This document shows, in pieces, positions 23,604 to 35,548 of a stretch of DNA of 64,000 nucleotides. The stretch lies in NCBI RefSeq assembly GCF_030028105.1, contig NC_092371.1, forward strand, positions 126,945,343 through 127,009,342. The letters are read 5' to 3'. Made by a program: the position numbers and the translations under genes. The notes beneath the pieces are model-generated. The model worked only from the letters and a program-made list of their open reading frames with translations, did not search any database and had not been told where the DNA came from. Positions within the stretch are counted from its first letter, which is position 1, and each line of letters begins with the position of its first letter. The DNA is from Mobula birostris (Eukaryota).

Positions 23604-26360
23604 TCAAACCCCACTTCCTTCCCTGCAGAGTCCCGTTGCAACCCAGGCTGCCCACAGATAGCACCCCCCCCCCACAACTTCACCTGACTCAATGGGAGAA
23701 GAGCCAGGAGTCTCTTCCTCAATCAATAGGAAGTTAGTGAAAGGCAGCACATACCACACATCCAGGTCCTCATCCTCGGAATCAGTATCCCTCTCAGGGG
23801 TGGGGGCCAGTCTAACCTCGCCTGTTGGGGGCCCGGTAGTCACCTCGCGTTTCCGCAGAGTCCTCTTACTAGGTGTAGGCTCCAAGCTGGGCTCTGGGTC
23901 TACCTGTACCTCTTGTCCAGGGGGCAACAGGTGGTTCCGATGGAGAATCTTGACAGGCCCCTTCCCCTCCTCTGGTCTCACCCAGAAAACTGGTAGGTTT
24001 GGTATCTGACTCTCTACCACATAGGGCGTAGCCACCCAGCGGTCAGCTAACTTATGCTTTCCAGGTAGCCCCAAATTCCTTATGAGGACTTTGTCTCCCA
24101 GCAGGAGTTGGGAGCACCTCACCTTTTGATTATACCTTCTCTTATTCCCTTGATTCTGCTGGGCAGCCGCAACCTCAGCTAATTTATAAGCCCTTTTCAA
24201 CTCTCTTCTCATGTCAGACACATACTTTAGGTAAGTCTTCGGTTGTAAGTCACCCTCGTCATTCCCAAAACAAAGGTCAACGGGCAACCTTGCCTCGAGC
24301 CCAAACATCAGATAATATGGTGAGTACCCAGTAGCTTCATTTCGCGTACAATTATAACTGTGAACCAGATGCCCAATATGTTGACTCCACCTGCTCTTCT
24401 TGCTGATCTCTGGGGTCCCAAACATGTCTAGCAAGGTCCAGTTAAACCTCTCTGGCTGGGGATCACCCTGTGGGTGATAGGGTGTGGTCCTCGACTTTTC
24501 GCCTCCAAGCATGCCCAGTAACTTACGGATGAGTCTTGCTCTCAAAATCCCATCCCTGATCACTATTTATTCACCTATGAAGGCCATAATAAATGAAATA
24601 CTTCTCCCATAACACCTTTGCCACCGTAGATGCCCTCTGGTCCTTGGTAGGAAAAGCCTGAGCATATCTGGGGTAGTGGTCCGTGATGACCAAGACATTC
24701 ACCGTGTTGCTGGCATCGGGTTCTATTGACAGGAAATCCATACACACCAGGTCCAGAGGCCCTGCACTCTGAAGGTGGGACAAGGGAGTTGCCATGTGGG
24801 CAGTGTCTTCTGCCATATGCATTGAATGCATGACTTGCAGTATTCTTCGACCTTCGACTTCATTCGGGGCCAGTAAAACTGGTCTCTGAGCAAGCCATAG
24901 GTCTTTTCCACCCCCAAATGTCTAGAATCATCATGAAGTGATTTCAACACCATCCTCCAATACTCTTGGGCAGAACCAGCTGGCAACGCCGGGGTTGGTC
25001 TGGAGGTGACATGACCCGGTATAAGATCCGGTTCTTCAAATCCAACCGAGGCCATTCTTGTAGTAAAGGAGGCACCATGCATTTCGTCCTCTCTGCCTGA
25101 GCCATGTCTTCCTTTTCGACTGCCACCCAAATAGTACCAATGCCCGGATCATCTCGCCGAGCAGCTGCCACTTCCCCAGAACTCAATTCCGGCAGCTGAT
25201 TTGTCTTCTGAGCAGTCAGGTTACAGTAAACTTGAGGGATGGCATCATCAGAAGCCTCCAGTTGATCCACCGCTCGCTCCTGCCCCTCCTTTTCCTCTGC
25301 TTTCACAGTGATGGCAAACTGACACAGGGCCTTCACTCCCGGAGCAGGAACGCTCTCCCACTCCTCACCCCTGACCAGTCTTTCATGCGCCCCTTGGGAC
25401 AAAGCATCAGCATCCATGTTCCTGCTTCCCGGCCAGTACTTCAGGCTGAAATCATAGGCAGACAATGCCGCCAACCAGTTTCGCTGAGGTCAGGATACAA
25501 GTTAGGGGGTTGTTGTCCATCCTCACCTCAAACTTGGCCCCACAGAGGTATTCACTCAGCTTATCCACCACTGCCCATTTCAACGCCAGAAATTCCAACT
25601 TGCGTGTGGGATAGTTTTCCTCGGAGGGCAACCGACTCCGGCTGACAAACATGATGGGCCTCAAACCGGAGCCCAATTCCTGATTCAGGATGCCCCCTAA
25701 ACCCTCTCGGCTGGCATCTGTGTGCAGTACATACGGTAATCGGGGGTCTGCAAAAGCTAGAACCGGCGCCTGGGCCAGCAGCTCCCTCAGCGACTGAAAG
25801 GCCTCCTCACATTTTGTATCCCACCTCGGTCCAAAGGACTCCGACGAGCTAAGATACTCATTACCCTCCTTTCCTTTTGCCATCCTCCCTTTCTTCCCCA
25901 AGGGAGGCTAACTGCACAGAAGCTGATCAAAGGATGACTCACTTTCGTGTAGCCTTTCACAAACCTCCGATAGTAACCACAGAACCCGAGGAACGAGCGC
26001 AGTGCGCTCACAGTCTAGGTTCCTGGCCAAGTGGTAACCACCTCGATCTTAGTCTTTAGCTACCTCATCCCGTGAGACTATGTGCCCAACATAGCTAACA
26101 AATGTTTGGCAAAACTGGCACTTGTCCCGGGAAAGTTTTAACCATTCAGCTTTCAGGCAGCCGAGCACCTTCAGCAGCCTTGCTTCATATCCTTCCAAGG
26201 TGAGTCCAAATACACTGAGGTCATCCAGATATACCAGTACCTCAAGCAAGTTCATATCCCCCACCGTCTTCTCCATGGCCAGCTGAAAGGTTGCAAGAGC
26301 TCCCAAGATGCCCTGGGGCATCCTTTCGAACTGGAAAAATCCCAGGGGACATATAGTCTG
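23604..26360 (-). pseudogene. pol: Gypsy pol (RT-RNase H-integrase), frameshifted and 5'-truncated by CR1
   Basis: [78 protein letters not shown]. Confidence 0.92.
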
Positions 26361-27880
26361 CAACTTGATGACCTTTGGCTCATACAGGAAACTGAGGAAA
26401 TGACAGATCAGAGTTATAGGGAGGTGGTCGCCCCTAGGTTGCAGAAGGCAGGCAGCTGAGTGGCTGTCAGAAGGAAGGGAAATGGGCAACCAGAGTACAC
26501 CTGTGGCCATTACCCTGAATAATAAGTATACCGCTTTGGATACTATTGGAGGGGGAATGACCTAGCTGGGGGTGGGGGGGGGGGGGGTTGAGCGGCGGTG
26601 ACTGGGTCTCTGGTACTGTGGCTCAGAATAGCTGAAAAGGACTGCAGTAGTGATAGGAGATTCCAGTTACAGGAATAGAGACAAGATTTTGTGGATGCCA
26701 TTGAGACATCCAGATGGTATGCTGCCTCCCAAGTGCCAGGGTCAGGGATGTCTCAGATCAGGTCTACGGCATTCTAAAGAGGGAAAGGCTTGCATATGTC
26801 CCAGTCTCACTGGGAATGGGCATGTTGGGGAATGTCTACCTGGGTCTGTCCCTCTCTCACTGAGATGGGTCAGGCTAGTTGAAGTTTGCCTGGTTCTGTC
26901 CCACTCTCAGGATACAGCAGACCAGGTGTCAATCAGGGAATGGAGTTAAACCACCGGTGCAGAGTACTCTTGTGGACATCCCCCTTAACAACTTGTCTCT
27001 GGCACTGAGTCCGGCTCTGTGACTCAGAAGGGAAGTAGAGGGAAGAGATGAGCTGTGATGATAGGGGATTCGCACATCAGGGAAATAGAACGGAGGTCTG
27101 TGGATGAGAACAAGATTCCCAGATGGTATGTTCCTTCCCAGGTGCCAGGGTCCGGGACATCTCTGATCCTCTCCTCAGCATTCTTAAAAGGGAGTGTGCG
27201 CAACCAGAGGTCATGATCCTTGTAGGTACCAATGAGATAGGTAGGAAGAGTGACAAGGTTCTGCAAAGTGAATTCAGGGAGTTAGGTACTGAGTTCAAGC
27301 ACAGAATCTCTACATAGGAGGAAGAACATCAGATTTTTGGAACACTGGGATCTCTTCCAGGGAAGGTGGGATCAGTACAGAGGAGACAGCTTGCACAAGA
27401 ACTAGAGCAGACTTGTGTCCTAGCAAGAAGTTTGCTGTTGTTACACAGGGTGGGAAGGACTTTAAACTAGAGTTGCAGGGGGATGGGAAGCAGAGCAGGT
27501 AAGAGAGACGTTATGGAGACAGATGTTAAGACCTCCAACAAAGTCAGTAATCAGAAGGTTGAGCATGGTGCGACTCATGTCCTGACCTGCAAATATTTCA
27601 ATGCAAGAAGTATGGTAGGAAAGGCAGATGAACTCAGGTCTACGGCATTCTAAAGAGGGAGGGTGAGCATACAGAAGTCTCAGTACTTATTGGCATCAAT
27701 GACATGGGGTAGGAAAGGTGAGGTTCTGATGAGAATTTTCAGGGAAATAGGTAGAAAGCTGAATATCAGGACCTCCAGGGTAGTTATCTCTGGATTGCTG
27801 TGTGTGGCATGTGCCAATGAGGGTAGGAAAAGGACGATTTGGTAGGTGAATGCATTGCAGGGGGAAGGGCTTCATGTTTC

Positions 27881-28871
27881 AATTGTTCAAAGGTTCATTT
27901 ATTATCAAAGTATACAACTCTGAAATTGCTCTTCTCCAAATAACCACAAAACCAAGAAAGGAAAGAACAGCAGTACAATCATTAACCCCCAAATCCCCCC
28001 TCCCCGCACAAAAGACGAACAAAAACAGAACAGGCACATCAATCCCAATATCCCCCTCCCCCACGCATAAAAAAATGAGGAAGACTGGGTGGAAAAACAC
28101 AGAATATAAAAAAATATAAATCTGAAAAAAAAGTCTATAGTCCAAGTCCATATCCAAAGCAGAGAAAACCTGGGTAGCATTCTCTGGGTACAGTGGCAGG
28201 CCTTTCCCTCTCTGTAGTACAGCAATCTCACTAGCGATCAAAAGGCAGTCCCCTTCTCTATGTAGCAGAGCGATCCCACCAACGATCAAAAGGCAGTCTC
28301 CCCTCTCTGTAGCAGAGCAATCTCACTAGCGATCAAAAGGCAGTCTCCCCTCTCTGTAGCAGAGCGATCCCACCAACGATCAAAAGGTAGTCTCCCCTCT
28401 CTGTAGCAGAGCAATCTCATTAGCGAACAAAAGGCAGTCTCCCCTCTCTGTAGCAGAGCGATCCCACCAGCAATCAAAAGGCAGTCTCCCCTCTCCGTAG
28501 CAGAGCAATCCCACTAGTGATCAAAAGGCAGGCAGCTGGCACTCACCTTCTGCATTCGCCTCGATGTTTCAATCTCCTTCATTATTTTAATCAGTGAACA
28601 ATGGAAGTTTTAAATCGGTGAAATGGAGACGAACATTTCGCTATGAGGTTCACACACGTTGCCTCTGCCCTCCGAAATCCACTCAGAGACTTCAGAGCGC
28701 TGAAATACCCAAACAATCTCCAAACTGTAAATCGGGGCTCTAACGGTTCCAGAATCACATTCAAGGTGAAAAACAAACCTGAAAGACATAAAAGAAGTAA
28801 AATATATGGTTTCATAACCTACTCAGATGTTAACCAAAGGAGCATTGTATGCAGGGGCCATCTTGACCACT
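27881..28871 (-). mobile_element. Non-autonomous retroelement inserted in CR1 ORF1
   Basis: Minus strand starts ggtcaagatggc and ends aataaatgaacctttgaac; CR1 sequence resumes on both sides. Confidence 0.55.
28205..28530. repeat. 47-bp minisatellite, ~7 units, alternating A/B variants
   Basis: agcagag recurs at 28264, 28311, 28358, 28405, 28452 and 28499. Confidence 0.95.
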
Positions 28872-31459
28872 GATTTCTGGACCATTACGATCTCTTCTGG
28901 GGAAGGTATGACCTGTACAAAAAGAGTGAGTTACACCTGAACCTGAAGGGGACCAATATCCTTGTGGGAATGTCAGCTAGAGCTGTTCAGGTGGGTTTAA
29001 ACTAACTTGGGAAAGTGGAGGGGAAACAGAGTGACAGAGCAGCGGGTGAGGTAGTTGGTTTACAAAGAGGCAGTGTGCATTGAGACTGCAAACAAGGAGA
29101 GTCTGATGATAGTGCAAAATTGCAGTTAATGGGATGAACTGCATTGTAAAAGGGGGACAAAGTGAAGAAGGGTGATAAATACAGGACTGAAGGTGTTACA
29201 TTTGAATACACACAGTACATGAATTAAAGTAGGTGAAGTTGTAGCACAGTTACAGATTGGTATGCATGATGTTCTGGGCATCATTCAATTGAGGCTGAAA
29301 AAAGATTATAGCTGGGAGCTTAATAGCCAAAGATACACGTTGTATCAAAAGGACAGGCAGGCAGGTAGAGGGGATGCAGTGGCTCTGTTAGTAAAAAATT
29401 AAAATCAAATCATTAGAGACTGGACACATAGGATTGAAAAGTCAAGAATGATTGTGGGTAGACCTAAGAAACTACAAGTGTAAAAAGATCCTCATGGAGT
29501 TACATACAGACTTCTGAACAGCTGCAAAGATGTGGTCAACAGGTTACAACCAGAGATTGAAACTGCATGTCAAAACCCCCCCATAAAATAGTGCATTTCA
29601 ATATGTTGATAGAAAGGGAAAATCAGGTTGATGCTGGATCCCAAGATGGGGAATTTCTAGAATGCCTACAAGATGGCTTTATAGAGCAGCTTGTAGTTGA
29701 GCCCACCAGGGGATCAGTTATTCTGAATTGGGTGTTGTGCAATGAGTTGGAATTGATTAGAGAGCTTAAAGTAAAGGAACCCTTGAGACCAGTGATCATA
29801 ATATGATCAAGTTTACTCTGAAATTTGAGAAGGAAAAACTGAAGTCAGATGTATTAATATTACAGTAGTGTAAAGGGAATTACAGAGACATGAGAGAGTA
29901 TCTGGCCTACATTGTTTGGAAGGAAGTACTTGCAGTGATGATGACACAGCGACAATGGCTGGAGTTTCTCAGATGAATTTGGAAGGTGCAGTACAGATAC
30001 ATCCCATTCTAAACTCAGAATAACAAAAGAAGTCAAAGCCAACATCAAGGCCAAAGAGAAAGCATATAAAAGAGCAAAAACTAATGGGAAGTTTTAAAAA
30101 CCAATAAAATGCAACTAAAAATGTCATAAAGAAGGAAAAGATAGAATATGAAGATAAGTTAGCCTGTAATATTAAAGAGGATACCTGAAGTTTCTTCCGA
30201 TATATAAAATGTAAGAGAAGCGACAGTAACAATTGGACCAATGGAAAATGAAGCTGGTAATGGGGGACAAGGAAATGACAGATGAACTATATAAGTATTT
30301 TACATCAGTCTTCACTATGGAAGACACTAGCAGTATGGCAGAAATTCGAGAGTGTCAGGGAGCAGAAGTGAGTGAAGTTGCCATTACCAGGTGGGACGTG
30401 CTTGGGGAACTGAAAGGTCTGAAGGTTGATGAGTCACCTGGACCAGATGGTCTACACCTTAGGGTTTTAAAGGAGGTGGATGAAGAAATTGTGGAGGCAT
30501 TAGTAATGATCTTTCAAGAATCACTGATGGTTCTGGAGGACTGGGAAATTGCAAATGTCACTCCTCTCTTCTAGAAGGGAGAGAGGCAGAAGGAAGGAAA
30601 TTTTCGGCCAGTTAGTCTGATCTCAGTGGTTGGGAAGATGTTGGAGTCAATGGTTAAGTATGTGATTTCGGGCTACTTGGAGGCACATGATAAAACAGGT
30701 CAAAGTTAGCATGGATTCCTTCAGGAAAATTCTTGCCTGACAAATCTGTTGGAATTCTTTGAAGAAACAACAAGCAGGATAGGCAAAGGAGAATCACTGA
30801 ATGTTGTGTACTTGGAATTTCAAAAGGCCTTTGACACGCTGCTACACATGACACTGCTCAACAAATTAAGAGTCCATGGTATTAGAGGGAAGATATTAAC
30901 ATTGATAGAATATTTGCTGATAGGCAGAAATAAAGGGAGCCTTTTCTGGTTGGCTGCCAATGATTAGAGGTAATCCACAGGGGTCTGTGTTGGGACAGCG
31001 TGGTTTCCATTATAGGTTGATGACTTAGATAGTGGAATTGACAGCTTTGTGACAAATTTTGCAGATGACATGAAGGTAGGTAGAGGAGCTGATAGTGCTG
31101 AGGAAATATACAGGATACAGAAGGATTTAGACAGATTTGGAGACTGGGCAAAGAAGTGGCAGATGGAATACAGTGTCAGGAAGTGTACGGTCATGCACTT
31201 TGGTTGAAGAAATAAAAGCGTAGTCTAACAAGGATGTAATGTTAAGGCTTTATAGGGCACTAGTGAGGCATCACTTGGAGTACTGTAAGCAATTTTTGGC
31301 ACCTTGTCTGAGAAAGGATGGGCAGGCATTGGAGAGGGCTTGAATGAGGTTCACAAAAATGTTTCCAGGATTGAAAGGCTTATCATATGAGGATTGTTTG
31401 ATGGCTATGGGCCTCTACTCACTGGAATTAAGATGAATGCGAGGGGATCTCATCAAAAG

Positions 31460-32165
31460 CAAAACACACAAAACGCTGTAGGAACTCAACAGGCCAGGCA
31501 GCATCTATGGAAAAGAGTAAACAGTCGATGTTTTGGGCTGAGACCCTTCATCAGGACTGGAAAAAGATAAGAAGTCAGTGTAAGATGGTGGGGGAAGAGG
31601 AAGAAGAAGTACAAGGTGGTAGGTAGGTGATAGGTGAAACAGGGTGAGGTGGTGTGCATGAAGTAAAGAGCTGGGAAACTGATTGAAGAAAGAGATAAAG
31701 GGCCCGGAAATCTGAGAGGGTAGAAGACCATGGATGAAAAGGAACTAAGTACTAGAGGGAGGTGATGGGCGGGTAAGGCAATAAGGCGAGAGAGACACAC
31801 ACACAGGAATGGGGAATGGTGAAGGAAGGGGTGATGCAATTACCAGAGGTTTGAGAAATTGATGCTTATACGAGGAGGTTGGAGGCTTCTCAGATGGAAT
31901 AGGTGCTGCTCCTTCAACCTGAGCGTGGTTTCACCACGACAGTAAAGGAGGCCATTGAGATCCAGTTTTTTCTGGTGGAGTATAGGTGCTTGGCGAAGCG
32001 GTCTCCCAATCTATGTTGGGTCTCACTGATATACAGGAAGCCACACCAGGTACACAAGATGCAGCTGAAGACCCCCAGTAGACTCACAGGTGAAGTGTTG
32101 TCTCAGTTTGCAGGAGTGTTCGGGGCCCTGATTGGTAGTGAGGGAGGATGTGTAGGGGCAGGTGT
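31460..32165 (-). mobile_element. Penelope-like element fragment with GIY-YIG endonuclease remnant
   Basis: Minus-strand CILCTWCGFLYISETQHRLGDRFAKH (~31990-32065) plus the terminal repeat. Confidence 0.8.
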
Positions 32166-32349
32166 GGGAATCTCATTGAAACCCATCGAGCATTGAAAGG
32201 CCTTAATAAAGCGGATGCGGAAAGGATGATTCTTCTAGTAGGGAAGTCCAAGACCAGAGAGCACAGCCTCATGATAGAGGGACGTCCATTTAGAATGGAG
32301 GTGATGAGGAACTTCTTCAGCCAGAGAGTGGTGAATTTGTGGAAGACTG

Positions 32350-33215
32350 GTCCCAGATTTGAGTTATTGGGCCAGTTCAATGGACTAGCCTGGCCCACTG
32401 GATAAGTCAATGATGGCGCTGTGCTTGAGCCATTGGAAGAGCCAATCTGTACCGCCTTAGTCAAATCATTCATGAGCCATTGGTGTCAATGAGTCATTGG
32501 AGAATCCATTTGTAATGGCCACACTGAAATTAGTCGACAAGCCAATCAGAGCTGACGTTCCGGCAATCAGGGCTGGTCCATTGGAGTCTTGATGAGCCCA
32601 CCGTTGTTTCCATATGAAGCTGTTGGGTTGCTTTCCAATGATGTTCCATCCAATGAGTTCACTCAGTGGGGACTTTAATGTGGGCCAATCAGCTGAGTTA
32701 CTTGGTACGAGACAATCAGTGATGATGAAAGAGGTGAGCCAATGGATGATAATCCACTGGAGCTAATAGTTGATGCTGTTGGTGTAGGACCGCTGATGAG
32801 ACGCAGGTGAAGGCTGGAGAGGAGCCCGTCACTGGATCACAGGAGTTGAGACAAGCACCACCAACAGGCCAGGAACCAATGGGATTGCAGGTTGAATCCA
32901 TCACAAGTCAAATTGGATGGACTGCACGATTACCTCAAAGCTCTGGAGCCAATCACCACCATGGGAACAACCCCAGAGTCATTCGCAGGTGCCATTGCTG
33001 CAGGACCTGTTGGAGATGAAGGTGTCCTGGGACCAATGACAGCCAAGGGCTTGGTCAGGGAAGTCAGTGTTGTCATCGTCTTGGGGTCAATCACAAAGAC
33101 CAGTCTGGAAGGTGGGTTGATGATATGTCCTAAAACCAATCGGGGAACTTCATTTGGACAACCTGTTGATGACATAGCCATCCGTGAGCCAATGGTGTCA
33201 ACTGGTTTGGATGAC
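32350..33215 (-). pseudogene. Orphan exon-like island encoding Ser/Thr/Pro/Gly-rich sequence; gene unidentified
   Basis: Pyrimidine tract plus ctgcag| acceptor at 33216; 94 open codons to 32934; the same composition continues through frameshifts; no TE motifs recognised. Confidence 0.4.
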
Positions 33216-33231
33216 CTGCAGATACTGAGGT

Positions 33232-33340
33232 AATGGAGGAGGAGGGGGAGGAGGGAGAAGGGGGAGGAGGGAGAAGGGGGAGGGGGGAGGAGGGAGAAGG
33301 GGGAGGGGGGAGGGGGGGAAGGGGGAAGGGGTTGGGGTTT
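33232..33340. repeat. Polypurine (GGA/GGG-rich) low-complexity tract
   Basis: About 100 bp of almost pure G/A. Confidence 0.9.
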
Positions 33341-33344
33341 GCAG

Positions 33345-35501
33345 AGATTCTCATCTGAGCCAGTCCCATCTGCCTGCATTTGGCCTATATCCCTCAAAAA
33401 TTTTCCTATCCATGTACCTGTGTCAGCGTCTTTTAAATGTTGTTAATGTGCATACCTGCCTCCATCACTTCCTTTTGCAGCTTGTTCCATATATGGACCA
33501 CCCTCTGGGTTAATAACTTAACCTATTCTCCTGTCTTCTCTGTGTAACCTTTAACACTCTGACTAACCAGGAACCGATCAACTCCCTTTTTAAGTATACT
33601 GAATGACTTGGCCTCCACAGCCATCCATGGCCAAAATTACCACAGATTCCCCACCCTCTGGCTAATGAAATTCCTCATCTCTGTTCTAAATTTACTTGGG
33701 ATTTTCATTCTTTGAAAATTGCTTGAAATTTATTCTGAGGCCATGTCCTCTGGTCCTAGACTCACATACTATACCATAAATCCTCTTCACATCCACTCCA
33801 TTTACTCCTTTCAATATTTGATAGGTTTAAATGAGATCCACACTCATTCTTCCAAATTCAGCGAGTATAAGCCTGGAGCCATCAAACGCTCCTCATATTT
33901 TAACCTTTCATTCCTGGAATTATTCTTGTACAACTTCCCTGGACCTCTGTAATGCCACCACATTTTTTCCTCAGGGAAGTGGCCCAAAACTGCTCACGAT
34001 ATCCAAATGTAGTTTGGCTGATGCCCTACAAAGCCTCAGCATTACATCTTGCTTTTATATTCTAGTCCTCTCAAAATGAATGCCAACATTGCATTTGCCT
34101 TTCTTACAATCAACTCAGCCTTGAAGTTAACCTTTAGGGAATCCTGCACAAGGGCTCCCAAGTTCCTTTGCACCTCTGATCTTTTTTAAATTTCCTCTCC
34201 GTTTAGAAAATAATCGACACCTTTAATCCTTCCAAAGTGCATAGCCATGAACTATGCACTCCCCTAAACTATATTCCATCTGCTATTCTTTTGACTATTT
34301 TCTCAATCTCTCCATTGTCTTCCTGCAGACTCCCTGCTTGCTCTAATCTACCTGCCCCTTCACCTATCTTTGTATCATCTGCAAACTTGGCTACAAAAAT
34401 CAATTTTGTCATCCAAAATCACTGACAACATGAAAATGAGCAGTCCCAATACCAACCCCTACCGAACAACACCAGCTACTGACAAGCCAATGAGAATAAA
34501 CCCACATTAGTCCAACTCTTTGCCTTTTGCCAGTCAGCCAATCTTCTAGCAATGCTAGTCTCCTTCCTGACCATGAGCTCCTGTATTGTTAAGCAGTAGC
34601 AGCTTGTCATAGACCATCTGAAAATCCAAGTAAATAACATCCACTGACTCTCCTTTGTCTACCTTGCCTGCTACTTCCTCAAAAAAAATTCCAACAGATT
34701 TGCCACCCAACCTCAGGAGAAAAAAAAACTGCTTGCATTTACCCTATCTTTTCCTCATAATTTTTTAATACCTCTATCAAATCCCCACTCAATCTTCTGT
34801 TTCAAGGAATAAAGTTCAGATCCATTCAATTTTATCACTCAGGTACTCCAGTCCCTGCAACATCCTCGTAAATTTCCACTATACTCTTTAAACCTCGTTC
34901 AGAATCAGGTTTATCATCACCAGCATGTGACGTGAAATTTGTTTTAGTAGCAGCAGTGCAGTACATAATCTAGCAGAAAATAAAATAAAATAAACAACTA
35001 AATCATTTACAGTATACATACATCCAAGATATTTTAAAAACGTGCAAAAACAGAAATACTGTATATTAAAAAAAAAGTGAGGTAGTGTCCAAAGATTCAA
35101 TGTCCATTTAGGAATTGGATGGCAGAGGGGAAGAAGCTGTTCCTGAATCACTGAGTGTGCGCATTCAAGCTTCTGTACCTCCTACCTGAGAAAATGAGAA
35201 AAGGGTATGCCCTGGGTGCTGGAGGTCCTTAATAATGGACACTGGCTTTCTGAGACACTGCTCCCTGAAGATGTCCTGGGTACTTTGTAGGCTGGTGCCC
35301 AAGATGGAGCTGACTACATTTACAACTTTCTGCAGCTACTTTCGGTCCTGTGCAGTAGCCCCTCCATACCAGATAGTGATGCAGCCTGTCTTTATTACAT
35401 CCTTACTATAGGTAGGTAACCAAAACTGCACACAATACTCCAAATAGGCCACACCAGTGTCTTATACAACTTCAACATAACATCTCATCTCCTGTAGGCA
35501 A

Positions 35502-35548
<47 letters not shown>

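Larger units (their letters stand above)
26365..32345 (+). mobile_element. CR1 LINE block (several ORF1 pieces, then decayed ORF2), interrupted at 27881-28871 and 31460-32165
   Basis: VIGDS/VGTNEIG esterase; LVVEPTRG; SPGPDGLH; WEIANVTPLF; QHGF; FQKAFD; PQGSVLG; FADD; RNFFSQRVVNLW. Confidence 0.9.

Noticed and set aside
28205-28530. CRISPR-like regular repeats
   Set aside because: Units are head-to-tail with no unique spacers, the context is eukaryotic and no cas genes are present; it is a minisatellite.
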